DNA of 64,000 bases from the human T2T-CHM13v2.0 reference genome, Homo sapiens. How positions within the stretch are numbered: position 1 is the stretch's first letter; each line of letters begins with the position of its first letter. The position numbers were made by a program, and so were the translations under genes. The DNA lies in NCBI RefSeq assembly GCF_009914755.1, contig NC_060929.1, one strand, 5' to 3'. A model generated the notes under the pieces. The model was not told the origin of the DNA. It ran no database searches and saw only the letters and a program-made list of their open reading frames with translations. This document shows positions 1 to 21,460 of this stretch, piece after piece.

Positions 1-1753
<1,753 letters not shown>

Positions 1754-1816
1754 TATGATGTCAGCTGGTTATTTTGCTTGCTAGTTGATGCAGTTTCTTC
1801 TTGGCATCGATGGTCT

Positions 1817-2833
1817 TTATAATTTGGCATGTTTTTGCAGTGGCTGGTACCGGTTGTTCCTTTCCATGTTTAGTGCTTCCTTCAGGAGCTCTTTTAGGGC
1901 AGGCCTGGTGGTGACAAAATCTCTCAGCATTTGCTTGTCTGTAAAGGATTTTATTTCTCCTTCACTTATGAAGCTTAGTTTGGCTGGATATGAAATTCTG
2001 GGTTGAAAATTCTTTTATTTAAGAATGTTGAGTATTGGCCCCCACTCTCTTCTAGCTTGTAGAGTTTCTGCCGAGAGATCCACTGTTAGTCTGATGGGCT
2101 TCCCTTTGTGGTTAACTCGACCTTTCTCTCTGGCTGCCCTTAACATTTTTTCCTTCATTTCAACTTTGGTGAATCTGACAATTACGTGTCTTGGAGTTGC
2201 TCTTCTTGAGGAGTATCTTTGTGGCATTCTCTGTATTTCCTGAATTTGAATGTTGGCCTGCCTTGCTAGGTTGGGGAAGTTCTCCTGGATAATATCCTGC
2301 AGAGTGTTTCCCAACTTGGTTCCATTCTCCCTGTCACTTTCAGGTACACCAATTAGACATAGATTTGGTCTTTTCACATAGTCCCATATTTCTTGGAGGC
2401 TTTGTCCATTTCTTTTTACTCTTTTTTCTCTAAACTTCTCTTCTCACTTCATTTCATTCATTTGATCTTCAGTCACTGATACTTTTTCTTCCAGGTGATC
2501 AAATTGGCCACTGAAGCTTGTGCATTTGTCACAGAGTTCTCGTGCCATGGTTTTCAGCTCCATCAGGTCATTTAAGGACTTCTCTACACTGGTTATTCTA
2601 ATTAGCCACTCATCTAATCTTTTTTCAAGGTTTTTAGCTTCTTTGTGTTGGGTTTGAACTTGCTCCTTTTGCTCAGAGAAGTTTGACTGTCTGAAGCCTT
2701 CTTCTCTCAACTCGTCAAAGTCATTCTCCATCCAGCTTTGTTCCATTCCTGGTGAAGAGCTGCATTCCTTTGGAGGGGGAGAGGCCCTCTGATTTTTAGA
2801 ATTTTCAGCTTTTCTGCTCTGTTTTTTCCCCAT
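1817..2833 (-). pseudogene. L1 ORF1p, disrupted by premature stops
   Basis: Runs MGKKQSRK... from 2833 to ...HAKL-TAA at 1817, 1017 bp (338 codons, canonical length). Internal stops at 2444 and 2015 split it into the track ORFs. Confidence 0.95.
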
Positions 2834-3860
2834 CTTTGTGGTTTTATCTACCTTTGTTCTTTGTTGATGGTGATGTACAGATGGGGATTTGGTGTGGATG
2901 TCCTTTCCGTTTGTTAGTTTTCCTTCTAACAGTCAGAACCCTCAGCTGCAGGTCTGTTGGAGTTTGTTGGAGGTCCACTCCAGACCCTGCTTGCCTGGGT
3001 AACAGCAGCAGAGGCTGCAGAACAGTGGATATTGGTGAACAGCAAATGTTGCTGCCTGATTGTTCCTCTGGAAGCTTCATCTCATAGGGGTACCCAGCCA
3101 TGTGAGGTGTCAGTCTGCCCCTACTGATTGGTGCCTCCCAGTTAGGCTACTTGGGGATCAGGGACCCACTTGAGGAGGCAGTCTGCCCGTTCTCAGATCT
3201 CAAACTCTGTTCTGGGAGAACCACTACTTTCTTCAAAGCTGTCAGACAGGGACATTTAAGTCTGCAGAGGTTTCTGCTGCCTTTTGCTCAGCTATGTCCT
3301 GCCCCCAGAGGTGGAGTCTACAGAGGCAGGAAGGCCTCCCTGAGTTGCGGTGGGCTCCACCCAGTTCGAGCTTCTAGGCCGCTTTGTTTACCTACTCAAG
3401 CCTCAGCGATGGCTTGCACCCCTCCCCCAGCCTCGCTGCTGCCTTGCAGTTAGATCTCAGACTGCTGTGCTAGCAATAAGCAAGGCTCTGTGGGTGTGGG
3501 ACCCTCTGAGCCAGGCACAGGATATAATCTCCTGGTGTGCCATTTGCTAAGACTGTTGGAAAAGTGCGGTATTAGGGTAGGAGTGACCCAATTTTCCAGG
3601 TGCCGTCTGTCACCCCTTCCCTTTGCTAGGAAAGGGAATTCCCTGACCCCTTGCACTTCTCGGGTGAGGCAATGCCTTGCCCTGCTTTGGCTCATGCTCA
3701 GTGGGCTGCACCCACTGTCCTGCACCCACTGTCTGACAAGCCCCAGTGAGATGAACCCGGTACCTCAGTTGGAAATGCAGAAATCTCTGTCTTCTGTGTC
3801 GCTCACACTGGGAGCTCTAGACTGGAGCTGTTTCTATTCAGCCATCTCGGAACCACCCCC
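2834..3860 (-). promoter_or_regulatory. L1 5' UTR internal promoter and antisense promoter region, with ORF0 remnant on the + strand
   Basis: Typical L1PA 5' UTR. The + strand ATG at 3409 gives MACTPPPASLLPCS*ISDCCASN...VGVGPSEPG, which matches ORF0 with a premature TAG. Confidence 0.85.
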
Positions 3861-8510
<4,650 letters not shown>

Positions 8511-9322
8511 TGGACAAAAGATTTCAACAGATGATTCACAAAAGAACATATGCCAATGACCAACAGGCATATAAAAGAGTGTTCACATTATTAGTCATCC
8601 AGGAAAAGCAAGTGCAAACCACAATGAACTACACGACACACCTACTAGAATGGGTAAAATGTAAAATATTGACATCATCAAATTTTGGAGCAACTGAAAC
8701 TCTCATACATTGCTATTGGGAATACGAAATGTAACAATCATTTTAGGAAACTGGCAGTTTCTTTAAAAGTTTAACACACATTTCCCCTATGACCTAACAA
8801 TTCCACTCCTAGAATTTATCCAAGAAAAAAGAAGACTTATGTGTACAAAAAACCATATAAAAATGTTCATAGCAACTTTTTTTCATAATAGGCCCAAAGC
8901 AAAAAAAATCTTACATGTACATCAATAGGAGAATGGATAAGCAAACAAATATTCCTGTAATAGAATACTACTCATAAATAAAATGGATAAACTACCGATA
9001 TCTGCAGCAACATAAATCATTCTCAAAAATGTTATGCTGAATGAAAGAAGATGCAAAAGATGACGTATTATATAATTTAATTTAAATGAATCTTTAGAAT
9101 ATGCAAAACTGTCATATAGTGATAAACAACAGGGTTAGTGGTTGTTTCTTAGAGGGGAATTGCCTCTGCAATGACACAGAATATTTTTTGGGTTGATGGA
9201 AATGTTCTGTGTTTTGATAGGGGTGTGGTCTACACAAGTGTACACATTTATTGAAACTGATTGGATAGAACACTTAAGAGCCAAATATTTCACTGTGTTG
9301 AAATTATACCTCAATAAATAAA
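8511..9322 (+). mobile_element. Old L1M (L1MC/L1ME-type) ORF2 C-terminus and 3' UTR
   Basis: Diverged L1 C-terminal sequence (TGGACAAAAGATTTCAACAGA, CTATGACCTAACAATTCCACTCCTAG) ending AAATTATACCTCAATAAA. Confidence 0.8.
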
Positions 9323-9489
9323 AACGGAAGGACTTATTCTTTCAAGTATTCAGTGGCCAGATTATACTTGGGGGTAGTTATGGTGATGGTGTTGTGAAGG
9401 ATGCCATGGAAATGGAGATATGAGTGTGACAATCACTCTTTAGTGTGTCCTATTGCATTCATTTCTTTATAAAACACTTTATGGAAACA

Positions 9490-9758
9490 CTTTTTTGTTA
9501 ATACAGAAAGCTGTACGTATTTAGTATATTCAACTGGGTGAGTTGGGGGATAAGTATATACCCATGAAACCATCATGACCGTCAAAGCCATAGACATAAC
9601 CATCGCCTCCCAGAGTTTCCCCCCCACCCCTTTTATTATTATTATTTGTATGTGTAGGGGGAGAGGGTGGGTAAGAACACTTAAGTTTCTACTCTTTTTG
9701 CAAATTTTAAGTGCAGTATTGTTAGCTATTTGCACTTTGTTGTATAGTATATCTCAGT
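9490..9758 (-). mobile_element. L1M 3' UTR fragment
   Basis: GTAAGAACACTTAAGTTTCTACTCTTTTTGCAAATTTTAAG resembles an antisense L1MA9/L1MB 3' end. Confidence 0.55.
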
Positions 9759-10006
9759 GATTGTCTCCAGGGCCCTGGGAATTACAGACTGGGAACAGAT
9801 ATAGAGAGGCTCATCCCGTGCCTGTAGGACATCAACAGATAACTTATGTGGTTTTCAATTTCATTTCCTGCCCTGATTTAATGCTGCCGATTTAAATTTC
9901 ATAGTTTAACAAATAGCATGATAGGCTGATGTTAACAGGAAGGCACAGGACTACAGGCATGTTTTATTGTCATCATTATGATAATAAAAATAAATTAGAA
10001 GTAAAT

Positions 10007-10307
10007 GGCCCAGGCGCGGTGGCTCACGACTGTAATCCCAGCACTTTGGGAGGCTGGGGCGGGTGGATCACAAGGTCAGGAGTTCGAGATCAATCTGACC
10101 AACATAGTACAACACTGTCTCTATTAAAAATACAAAAATTAGCCAGGTGTAGTGGTGGGCACCTGTAATCCCAGCTGCTCAGGAGGTTGAGGCAGGAGAA
10201 GTGCTTGAACCCGGGAGTTGGAGATTGCAGTGAGCCAAGATGGCACCACTGTACTCTAGCCTGGGTGACAGAGTGAGACTCCATCTCAAAAAAAAAAAAA
10301 AAAAAAA
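10007..10307 (+). mobile_element. Alu (AluSg-like)
   Basis: Full dimer with poly(A) tail; TSD ~AAGTAAATG on both sides. Confidence 0.96.
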
Positions 10308-11106
10308 GTAAATGAATACCTATGTGACGTTTATAAGTACCAAGCTTTTGAGGAATTAGTGGAAAAAGATAATTATATCATGAGATTACTTGGAAAGTAG
10401 TATATCTATGACCTAAGGTTAAGGAAAAAGAACTAAGGAGAGCAGTATCATTAATTTATTTTTGAGACATAAGATTTGAGCTGTAAATAGAGACCAACTC
10501 TATTTCATGCCATATAACCAATTGAAAAAGAAAATAAAATATACTGAATGCAAAATGAGGGTTTTGTAGTTAACAGCAATCAAAAGAGTGTTGAATGTTT
10601 CTTAAGTGGAAATGCATTGTACTAAGAAAAGAAGAGAGAATGGAGTCTGCTGAAAATGGACCTTTGCTTAGGTGCAACCAGTGGAACAGATAATTTAGTC
10701 TTTAACTAGGAGCAATCCAGTGATGATTAGTGTGAGGAAATTATTTATACCTGTATGAGCTAACGTATTAAATTTGTATTTGTGATTGGCTATATTTTGC
10801 TAGCATTTTGACATTTAAAAATCAGTACAACACTTTGTATGGACAGAATTAAAACAAAAAAATTATTTTAAAGATTATTATAATGATCGAAGCTAATTTT
10901 ATTAATCACTGACTACAAAATTTTCTTGATTCTAAGATTCCATTGATTTATTAACATCTTCTAGGAAAAAAATGAAAAAGAAAAGAAAAGAAAGCCTACT
11001 AGGAATCTCAAATGTAAGACACATTCCAATTTCAGAACATAAAAATATGTCTTAGAATGCAGGAATTATGGTCTGACACTGTGCTAAATAATTTGCATTA
11101 AAGTAA

Positions 11107-11707
11107 TGTTGATGAAAACAGTCAAATTCTGTAAAATATTTGAAGAGATTTATTCTGAGCCAAATATGAGTGACCATATTTCATGACAGAGCCCTTGGGA
11201 GATCCTGAGAACTGTCTCCAAGGTGGTCAGGGTGCAGCTTGGTTTTATACATTTTGGGAGGGATGAGACATCAACCAAATACATTTAAGAAATACGTTGG
11301 TTTGGCCCAGAAAGATGGGACAACTGAAAGCGGGGGGCTTCCAGGCTATAGGTAAATTTCAGCTTTTTCTGGTTGATAATTGGTTGAGTTTGTCTAAAGA
11401 CCTGGGATCAACAGAAAGGAATGTCTGGGTTAAGAAAAAGAATTGTGGAGACCCAAGTTCTTAATTGCAGAGGAAGCCTTCTGGGAGTAGGCTTCAGAGA
11501 GACTAGGTTGTAAAATGTTTCTGATCTAACTTAAAGTCTGTGTTGATGTTAATGCTAATGCTGGAGCAGTATAATGAGGCCCATCCAACCCCTACTTCCC
11601 ATCAGGGCCTGAAACAGTCTCTCAGGTTAAATTTTAAAAGAGCCCAGGCTGAGGATGAAGTCCGTTCAGATGGTTGGGAGGCCATAGAATTTTATTTTTG
11701 GTTTACA
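11107..11707 (-). mobile_element. ERV1 solo LTR, MER4A-like
   Basis: Minus strand starts TGTAAACCAAAAATAAAATTCT and ends ...AATAAATCTCTTCAAATATTTTACAGAATTTGACTGTTTTCATCAACA. It interrupts a MIR. Confidence 0.85.
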
Positions 11708-11711
11708 AAAT

Positions 11712-11862
11712 CACAGTGAATCCCCACAACAATCTTATGAAGTAGGGATTATCTTTCCTATTTATAATTATCCTGCAAAGATAATTAACTTGACCAAGAT
11801 TATATTGTTAGTAATTACTGGGCATAGATTGAAGCCTAAATCCTCCTGGCTTCAAAGTCCCT
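11712..11862 (-). mobile_element. MIR SINE fragment
   Basis: MIR core-like CACAACAATCTTATGAAGTAGG...TAACTTGACCAAGAT...GGCTTCAAAGTCC. Confidence 0.6.
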
Positions 11863-12073
11863 GCATTGCAGAAGCTGGGATCATTCATTATTTAGTGGTC
11901 ATGTCATTTCTGTTTTCTGGACCGAGGAAAGATCTTATTTTGTGTGGTGTCCTCTCCTCAATTATTTCTGAGGCTCCTTCATGGTTTAGTTCCAATCTTT
12001 CCAAGTCTGTCTTACGTGGAGCAAGACGAAAATAAGAGAAGACAACTATATATGAATAAACACCAACAGATAG

Positions 12074-12604
<531 letters not shown>

Positions 12605-12744
12605 TAGGGATGGCCTAGTTCCTCACTCTACAGAAGAAGAGTCTCAGTGAGAGAAAGTGATTTGCCCTGGTGAGTCATATAGGGAATCACTGGTAGATCT
12701 AGCAGCAGTGCTCAAATTTTTTATCAGTAATCATAATGACGATA

Positions 12745-13000
12745 ATCACTACAATTTGTTGAGTATTTTACTATATGCTAGGCCCTGTGCTATTAAGCCA
12801 CAATTACTCTTGCACCAACCTAATAATAGTTTTATAAGTAATTTTGACAACAACTTTGTGAGGTTGATCCTATTATTATCCCTACTTTATAGGTGAGGAA
12901 ATTGAGGCTATGAGAGGTTACTTTCTTCACCCAAAGTCACTTATATACTAAGTAAAGCAGCAGGATTCAAATCTAAGTTTATCTGATTCCAGAGCCCATG
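12745..13000 (-). mobile_element. MIR SINE
   Basis: MIR core TATTATTATCCCTACTTTATAGGTGAGGAAATTGAGGCT. Confidence 0.75.
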
Positions 13001-13277
13001 GCTTTCTCCTGCTCTTTCAATTCACAGCATAATCAATTGCATCAGTTCTCCATTGGTTTTGTCTATAATGCCTGTTTCCTCATGATAGTTGACCTCACAC
13101 AAGGATGGAGATACCCACATTTGCTGTACTGATACTGACAGCTACTTTATGATGTTTCTATTTCATTAGCTAACTAAATTTTCCTACAGAAAATAAGCAA
13201 TTCAAAAATTAAGGTACTAATATTTGTTCAAATAACATATCTCTCAGCTAATATGTGCCCTTTAACAAATGTTGAAT

Positions 13278-13321
13278 ATCTATCAATCATCTATCTACCT
13301 GTCTATCTATCTATCTATCTA
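13278..13321. repeat. (TCTA)n microsatellite, imperfect
   Basis: Direct reading of the sequence. Confidence 0.85.
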
Positions 13322-13586
13322 TTCAGTGATGATGGAAGTGTTTTTCCCTTTTACCAATAGCTAAAGAATAGCCCCTCTTAGCCAGTGGTTAAACTCCCAT
13401 GATATTTTCCCCTCTCCTGCCTCTTCCTAGTTAATTTCATTAGTTTGGGAAAAAACATGCCATAAGCAATTGATTTAGGCCAATTGATTTCTCCACAGAA
13501 TGTTCAGTAATTTTCATTGCAGAACTGGAAGCCCTCACTCTCTAGAGACAGAGGTAAAATTTCCTTTGTAATGGGCAAACTGCTGC

Positions 13587-14311
13587 TGTGATATTAGATT
13601 GTGATTTAGAATAAGAAATACATATTTGGTATGTCAACTTGAAACAATTGAAAAGGATCAGAATCCTGTATATCCTTTAAATGTTCCCTTAAATCTCAAA
13701 ATATTTTAAAGTTCCAACAGCTTAGATTTTGAATTACTCATTTCCAAAGGCCTTTGACCTTTTCCTGGCACACAACTCCTAAAACCCTTGGAATCTCCAG
13801 AGTGATAAGTATCTTTGTATGCTAGTGAGATGACTGGTGGCTTGGGGCCACCAGAAAGAAGGCCAAGGTGTGGTTGGAGGGTTGGGACTTTCAGCCGCAT
13901 TGACAGATCCCTAGGGTGTGGAGAGGGGCTGGTGGTTGGGTTGATCACCAATGGCCGATGATGTAACCAATCATGCCTAGGTAATGAAGGCTCCATAAAA
14001 ACCCCAAAGGACAGGGTTCAAAGAGCAAACACATCCACGGCTGATAGGGTGGGATACCCCAACTCCACAAAGTCAGAATAGCCTGTGCTCAGGACACTTC
14101 CAAATCTTCCCTTATGCATCTTTTCACTGGCTGTTCATCTATATCCCTTATTAATAAGCCAGGAAATGTAAGTAAAGTGTTTCCCTGAGTTCTGGGAGTA
14201 GTTCTAGCTGATTAATTGAACCTGAGAGGACAGTCATGGGAATCCTTAATTTATAGCCCCTTGATCAGAAGTGTAGATGACAATACCACTTTCTATTGGC
14301 AGCTGAAGTGG
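13587..14311 (+). mobile_element. MER21-family LTR (upstream LTR of a decayed provirus); 3' end missing, ~120-bp insert at about 13632-13750
   Basis: TGTGATATT start; CCTGGCACACAACTCCTAAAACCCTTGGAATCTCC, TTGATCACCAATGGCC, CCATAAAAACCC and GTAAGTAAAGTGTTTCCCTGAGTTCTG motifs. Confidence 0.85.
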
Positions 14312-14503
14312 GATTTTCAGGCTATATTTAGTACAAAGGATATCATTTGGGGAGGAAGTTTGAAGAACTGCTTCCTACTGGGACTTCAAACGAAGTGGTG
14401 TACAGCTCCCAACAGAATGATCACTGTGCAACTATAACCTTGATGATTGAAAGCTTAGAAAGGTCCCCAGTTATATAACAGGCAAACTATAATGACAACA
14501 TGC

Positions 14504-14985
14504 TGCTAAAGAAAAAAAATATTCAATGATACTTGTTAAAGCACGGTTAGGAAGACTTTATTCAAGACCATCACTCATAGGTATAGAGACCACTTGCAAT
14601 GAGATTTTGTAGTGAGGGAGTGGAATTGGGCTCAACTCTGAATACAGCATGGGAAAGTAAGAATTTATAACTGAAGAGTGGAATAAGGGCAAGTAGATGA
14701 AAAGATACTAAGAAAAACATCAAGAGTGTGTAGCATTCTGGCTAAAGCAACCTAACAGGATTCTTGCTAAAGTCATGCCAGAGTGATCATATGTCACCCG
14801 GAGGATGGTGGAGAATGAATAACCTGATGAGATATTGAGGGTGATTAGATATCGAGGATAATGAATTCTTGCTAAATTGACTTAGCAGTGTTCTTTGCTA
14901 AAACTGGATTTTATACAGAAGCGCACAGGTGAGCCTAGGAGAAGTTTCTGACTAAAGTTTGGCCAGGTAAAAGAAGTCTTTGTCA
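14504..14985 (-). mobile_element. ERV1 solo LTR, MER67/MER31-like
   Basis: TG...CA termini; minus strand starts TGACAAAGACTTC...CCAAACTTTAGTCAG; perfect 4-bp TSD ATGC at 14500-14503 and 14986-14989. Confidence 0.85.
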
Positions 14986-15254
14986 ATGCCCAACATGCCA
15001 CAGTGTGCTGTACATAAATACAAATCACCCTTGTTTTAATGGATGAAAAACTATTAAGCAAAATAGGGAAAAATAATGGGTCCCTGATGGTATCAAAGCA
15101 GTTGGCATCACTTGGTGGATTTGAGTTGCCCTGGAGAACGGCCTCTCCCTCAGATAAGGAAGCTGTGGGAAATGTTGTGACACACTTAGTCTAAATTACA
15201 CCTAGGTGTGACCACTACTTATCTAACCTAGTATGGGGCACCCAACACTTTTGG

Positions 15255-16543
15255 GTGCAAAACATGTATCCTAACTGCACTAGGGCTGTTAGTAGACAAT
15301 GGCAACAATGTGCATGGATACCCTTGATTTCCCAGAGAGGCACCTATCTCTCCAAAGGCTCTCCTCTGCCTTGTGAGCCAATGATGCTTATTACTATGAG
15401 GAGCAGCATCCAGAGGACAAATATTTATTATCTAGAATAGGCAGATAAGAGGGATTCTCTTCCAGGAGGAAGGCAAAGTATGGGAGCCAGTCTGGAAAGT
15501 TAATGAGGCTTTAGCAAAGTGGGCAAAGCAGATGCAACAAATAATTCAGGAAAATGGTCAAACCCAGCTATGGGAAAGGGGCCTGTGCCCTGACCCAACA
15601 GGGCCTCTTGACTGTTTTTAATACAAATTGAAGTTTAAGTGGTTATGGGGCAATGGCCTTATCTTTTAGCTGATGAAGCTCAAGGGGCACACCTGTGGGA
15701 ATCTCACGGCTCTCAAAACTTATAGAAGTTCTCTGAGGGCACTTGTAATTTATATTGATATACTATGAGTGCTCTTGCTCCCAAAATAGGTGAAAACAAA
15801 ATACATCCTGCAGTACAGTTAGCAGGGATAAGAGCTATTATAAATACAATCTATATTCTCCGTGTAGGAGGCAGGTGGGCCCTGCTGTATAATAGCTCCC
15901 AATGGAATCCTGTCTCAGTGCAAGCCTGTGAGATGAGACAGAGTGACTGGCTTTGTCCCCATTTGACACAGAACTCAGAAGTAAACAAGTCATGGGCAAT
16001 TGTAACAATGCCTGTCCTTAATAACATCTGATACATGGGCAAGGGTAGATTCTGAAAAAGCAAACACCTCTGTAATTTTTACTGAGTTGCTCTGTAATGA
16101 AACTGAACAAATGTACATGATCATATTGTGATATGATGTAATACTGGTGTTGTTGGTAAAATTTAACTACTTCATGTAAATAAGCCTTATGATAATGCTG
16201 ATACTGATAATCAAACTTATTGGGCGACTGAGTTAAATTGTCCTTAGGATGTAGTACCTATGGGAAATGACTGGCCTGAGGAGGAATTGGATCTAGTTAA
16301 ACATCAGCTGATTTCTGTGTTAAACAGTTTTGCACAAGCTCATGAAAAGGTACAAATAGCAGTAGATGAGGAAGAAAAATAATAAGTGAATTAGTACAAG
16401 AATATAAAAATGTATGTAGTGGAGTTATAGGGAAAGTTTTTTGTTTCTTTAAATCTATCCTTACTCCACCCTGGCTTCTCCAAATGTTAGTCATACTTGT
16501 GTTGGTATTCTTGTTATATCTATTCTATAAATGCCACATTTAA
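15255..16543 (+). pseudogene. Fragmented retroviral envelope-like gene
   Basis: Hand translation gives RQIR|GIL...WKVNEALAKWAKQMQQIIQENG (15436-15621), Cys/Trp-containing 15765-16031, helical LDLVKHQLISVLNSFAQAHEKVQIAVDEEEK, then a frameshift into IISELVQEYKNVCSG...PWLLQMLVILVLVFLLYLFYK (TM-like). Confidence 0.55.
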
Positions 16544-16610
16544 TGTAAATACTCAGAGAAATAAGATCATTTTGCTGTAAGGAGTCAGTGGCTAGTGACG
16601 CAGGGATTGG

Positions 16611-16643
16611 CTAGAAATAATAAGAAATGTGTGTGTGTGTATA

Positions 16644-16703
<60 letters not shown>

Positions 16704-17199
16704 TTTATATATGTTTATATATGTTTTGGTCTCTGCTCCCAGTCCCTGGCACAGAACTCCTAAAACCCATGTAATTTCCTAAGTGATATGGGTGCTAGAA
16801 TCCTTTGTTCTAATATTTTGTCTTTGATCTCAGTTCTGCCACAGAGCTCCTAAGACCTTTGTAATTTCCTGAGAGGTAGGAGCGTCTGACACAGAGCTCT
16901 TAATCCGTTGGAATTACGTGGGTGGCAGGAACATCTTTTGTTCTAATGAAGCAGCTCTTGGTGGGCTCCTGGAGGGGGGCTGGTCACCAGAAAGACCAAG
17001 CCAGGGTCATAAGCTTGGAGCCTTCAGTCCTACCCTCCTTATTCAGCTGATCAGGCAGAAGCACAGGTCACAACCTACTGCTTTGCAATTGACATGTGAA
17101 GGAAGGGAAGTCTTGTGGGACTGGGCCCTTAAACTGTGAGATCTAACTCTAACTCCAAGTAGATAGTGTTAGAATTGGATTTAATTATAGTCCACCCCA

Positions 17200-17202
<3 letters not shown>
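16611..17202 (+). mobile_element. MER21-family LTR, 5' part (downstream LTR)
   Basis: Repeated ACAGAGCTCCTAA units; GGGGGCTGGTCACCAGAAAGACCAAG; TCTTGTGGGACTGGGCCCTTAAACTGTG...AGATAGTGTTAGAATTG. Confidence 0.85.
16628..16700. repeat. Compound (TG)n(TA)n microsatellite
   Basis: Direct reading; more than 20 uninterrupted TA units. Confidence 0.95.
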
Positions 17203-17538
<336 letters not shown>

Positions 17539-17574
17539 TTACAAAAGGAGAAGTTTAAAAGTATTACGTGGAAA

Positions 17575-19221
<1,647 letters not shown>

Positions 19222-19570
19222 TTAACACAACATCTTGTTTTAAGGATACTTACATCTTTTTAAAAAATATTTTAAACATTTTATCATTTTAATTGTGATT
19301 TTTTAAAAAAATACAGAAAATATAGAAAATAAAGAACATGTTCATCTCCCAGTTTTATTCAATGTTAATATTTTGCTTTTTTTTAAAAAGAACTAGAACA
19401 TTAAGAGTATAACTATGTTCCACTCAGCCATTTCCATCCCCGCTCCTTAAGTCGATGCCTATCATGCCTGTAGTTATTTTTTCTTTCACTACATGTGTAC
19501 ATATATATTTGTGTGTATATATACATTTTTACATAAGCAGGAAAAATAATAATAACAATAATAATAATTT

Positions 19571-19702
19571 GTGTCTGCTGGAGAATTGCTCGGTGTGTGG
19601 GGAAAAACCAACACACATTTTGGTGACCAGAGATGAAATATTCTGTGTTGAATGGTGTGTGATAGCAGAAAAAACAGTTTTTTTTAATGCATATATCAGA
19701 CA
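19571..19702 (+). mobile_element. MER21-family LTR, 3' remainder
   Basis: GTGTCTGCTGGAGAATTGCTCGGTGTGTGGGGAAAAACCAACACACATTTTGGT...TTCTGTGTTGA...GAAAAAACAGTTT continues the LTR broken at 17202. Confidence 0.75.
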
Positions 19703-19857
19703 ACTACCCACTCCAGTATTTCCCTGCATGATTTTGAAATTGCCTGATTTCCATTCTGAGCCCTGCACTAACACTTTTTTGTGTAGGCTGTCACTGTGAT
19801 GGGGCATCTGACAGGATCTCCAAGGGAAGGTCTGGTATATTACAGCTTAGTGCAGAG

Positions 19858-20047
19858 ATCAGGTAGAGAACTATAGTTTTCAGGCCAAGCCTTGCTTGCC
19901 ACCCATTTTCATAAATAAACTTTTATTGTGACATAGCCGTATCCATTTGTTTACATAGTATATTCGGCTGTGTGGAGTAGTTGTGGCTGAAACTATATGC
20001 CCCACAAAGACTAAAATATTTACTATCAGACCCTTTACAGACCCCTG
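19858..20047. mobile_element. MER58-like hAT-Charlie MITE
   Basis: TAAATAAACTTTTATTG...AAAATATTTACTATCAGACCCTTTACAGA...CCCCTG. Confidence 0.75.
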
Positions 20048-21460
20048 GCCTAGTGGATCTGTGTTCACTTTCAGGATTTCTCATTGAAGTGGGAGGAAAA
20101 TGAGTGTCTTCTTTGCCATCTCAAATTCAATACTGGGTGGCTAGTGTAGGTAAAGCTGAATGAACTACCAGGGAAAAATACAGATGTATAGGATGTGCTG
20201 TCTGTCCTCAAAATAATATTCATTGGTGGATCCCTTTTCAAAGAGTAGAATGCTTTTCATATCCCTCCCTGCCCGTATTATTTTCTCTGAGAAAAGAATC
20301 CAGCTAGTGTTTGCACTTGTAATTCATGACATTTATATAGCACCACAGAGCATGCATAGCCTACACATAATTTTATTGAATCCAGAGATCAGAATCATTG
20401 TTTTCCTTCCACATTTGGAGTGGGAGGGGGAAGGCAGAATGAGTCAAAAGCTGGAAATGAGAAAAAGTTTCCTGAAGCATGAAACAAAGTAGAATAGCTA
20501 TTTTGCTGTGGACCAAGTGGGTAAAGACATGGCATAAACAATGTGGATTCACTAAAAGCCATTATCATGAGCATGATTCATGGGTGTGTAAAAAATTTAA
20601 ACAAAAATTCCTTTACCCAGTAGTCAAATTTCTCAAATTTATGACTCACTCATCATACCCTTCTATCATCTGGAACTAAATCAAATATTCAGGTTCCATC
20701 ATGTTTTGGATATTTCAGGTCTTCATTTATCATTTCTCCCCTTAAAGGGCCCTCAGGGAGAGGGCAACGGTTTGATGGATTATATATTTCAATCTTTCAC
20801 ACTCAGGGTAGCATCCTGTTTCCTGGTGTTAAAAGTAAAGATTGTTTCCTTTCCACAAGTAGCTTTTAAGCCCTACTCATTAACGTTTTAGATTATTTTA
20901 TGGCCTTATATATGATGTAGTTTACAATGATATCATCATCAAAAATTTATGATGCTGCCACGTAAAACTAGAGAAAGAAAAACTCTATCAAAAGAGACAC
21001 CTCTTTTGAAAAAGTACCTCTGTTAATATGAATACACTGCCATGTTTAAAGATGCAGAACATGTTACAAATAAATGGACATGGCTGATTGTGTTTCCCAG
21101 CCTGGCTACATTTTCATATTACTGTGATTAATTCTGTCAAAGGAGGACAATTATGACATCTGAAAGTGTGTTTTGATTTTTAAAATCCAAAAAGGAACAT
21201 GCCTTCTTGGTTAAATGGAGTTATTAAAATATTTGGTAAGAATGAACTTCCCAAAAGGTAGCATAGCTTTGCTTATCATCTAGACTTAAAATTAAAAGCA
21301 GCTTTATGTTAGATTTTAATAAACTGTATAATTTCTAAATTTTTATTTTATATATAAATATATATATTCTTTTTATACATGAGATATGTATCTAGCTATC
21401 AGGATAGCACTATGGTTTAATTAATTTTTAAATATTAACAAGGCAATTTGATCCACATTT

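Larger units (their letters stand above)
14312..16610 (+). mobile_element. Decayed ERV internal region between two MER21-type LTRs
   Basis: Lies between two co-oriented MER21-type LTRs, contains env-like fragments, and ends in purine-rich GCAGGGATTGGC just before the downstream LTR. Confidence 0.6.
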
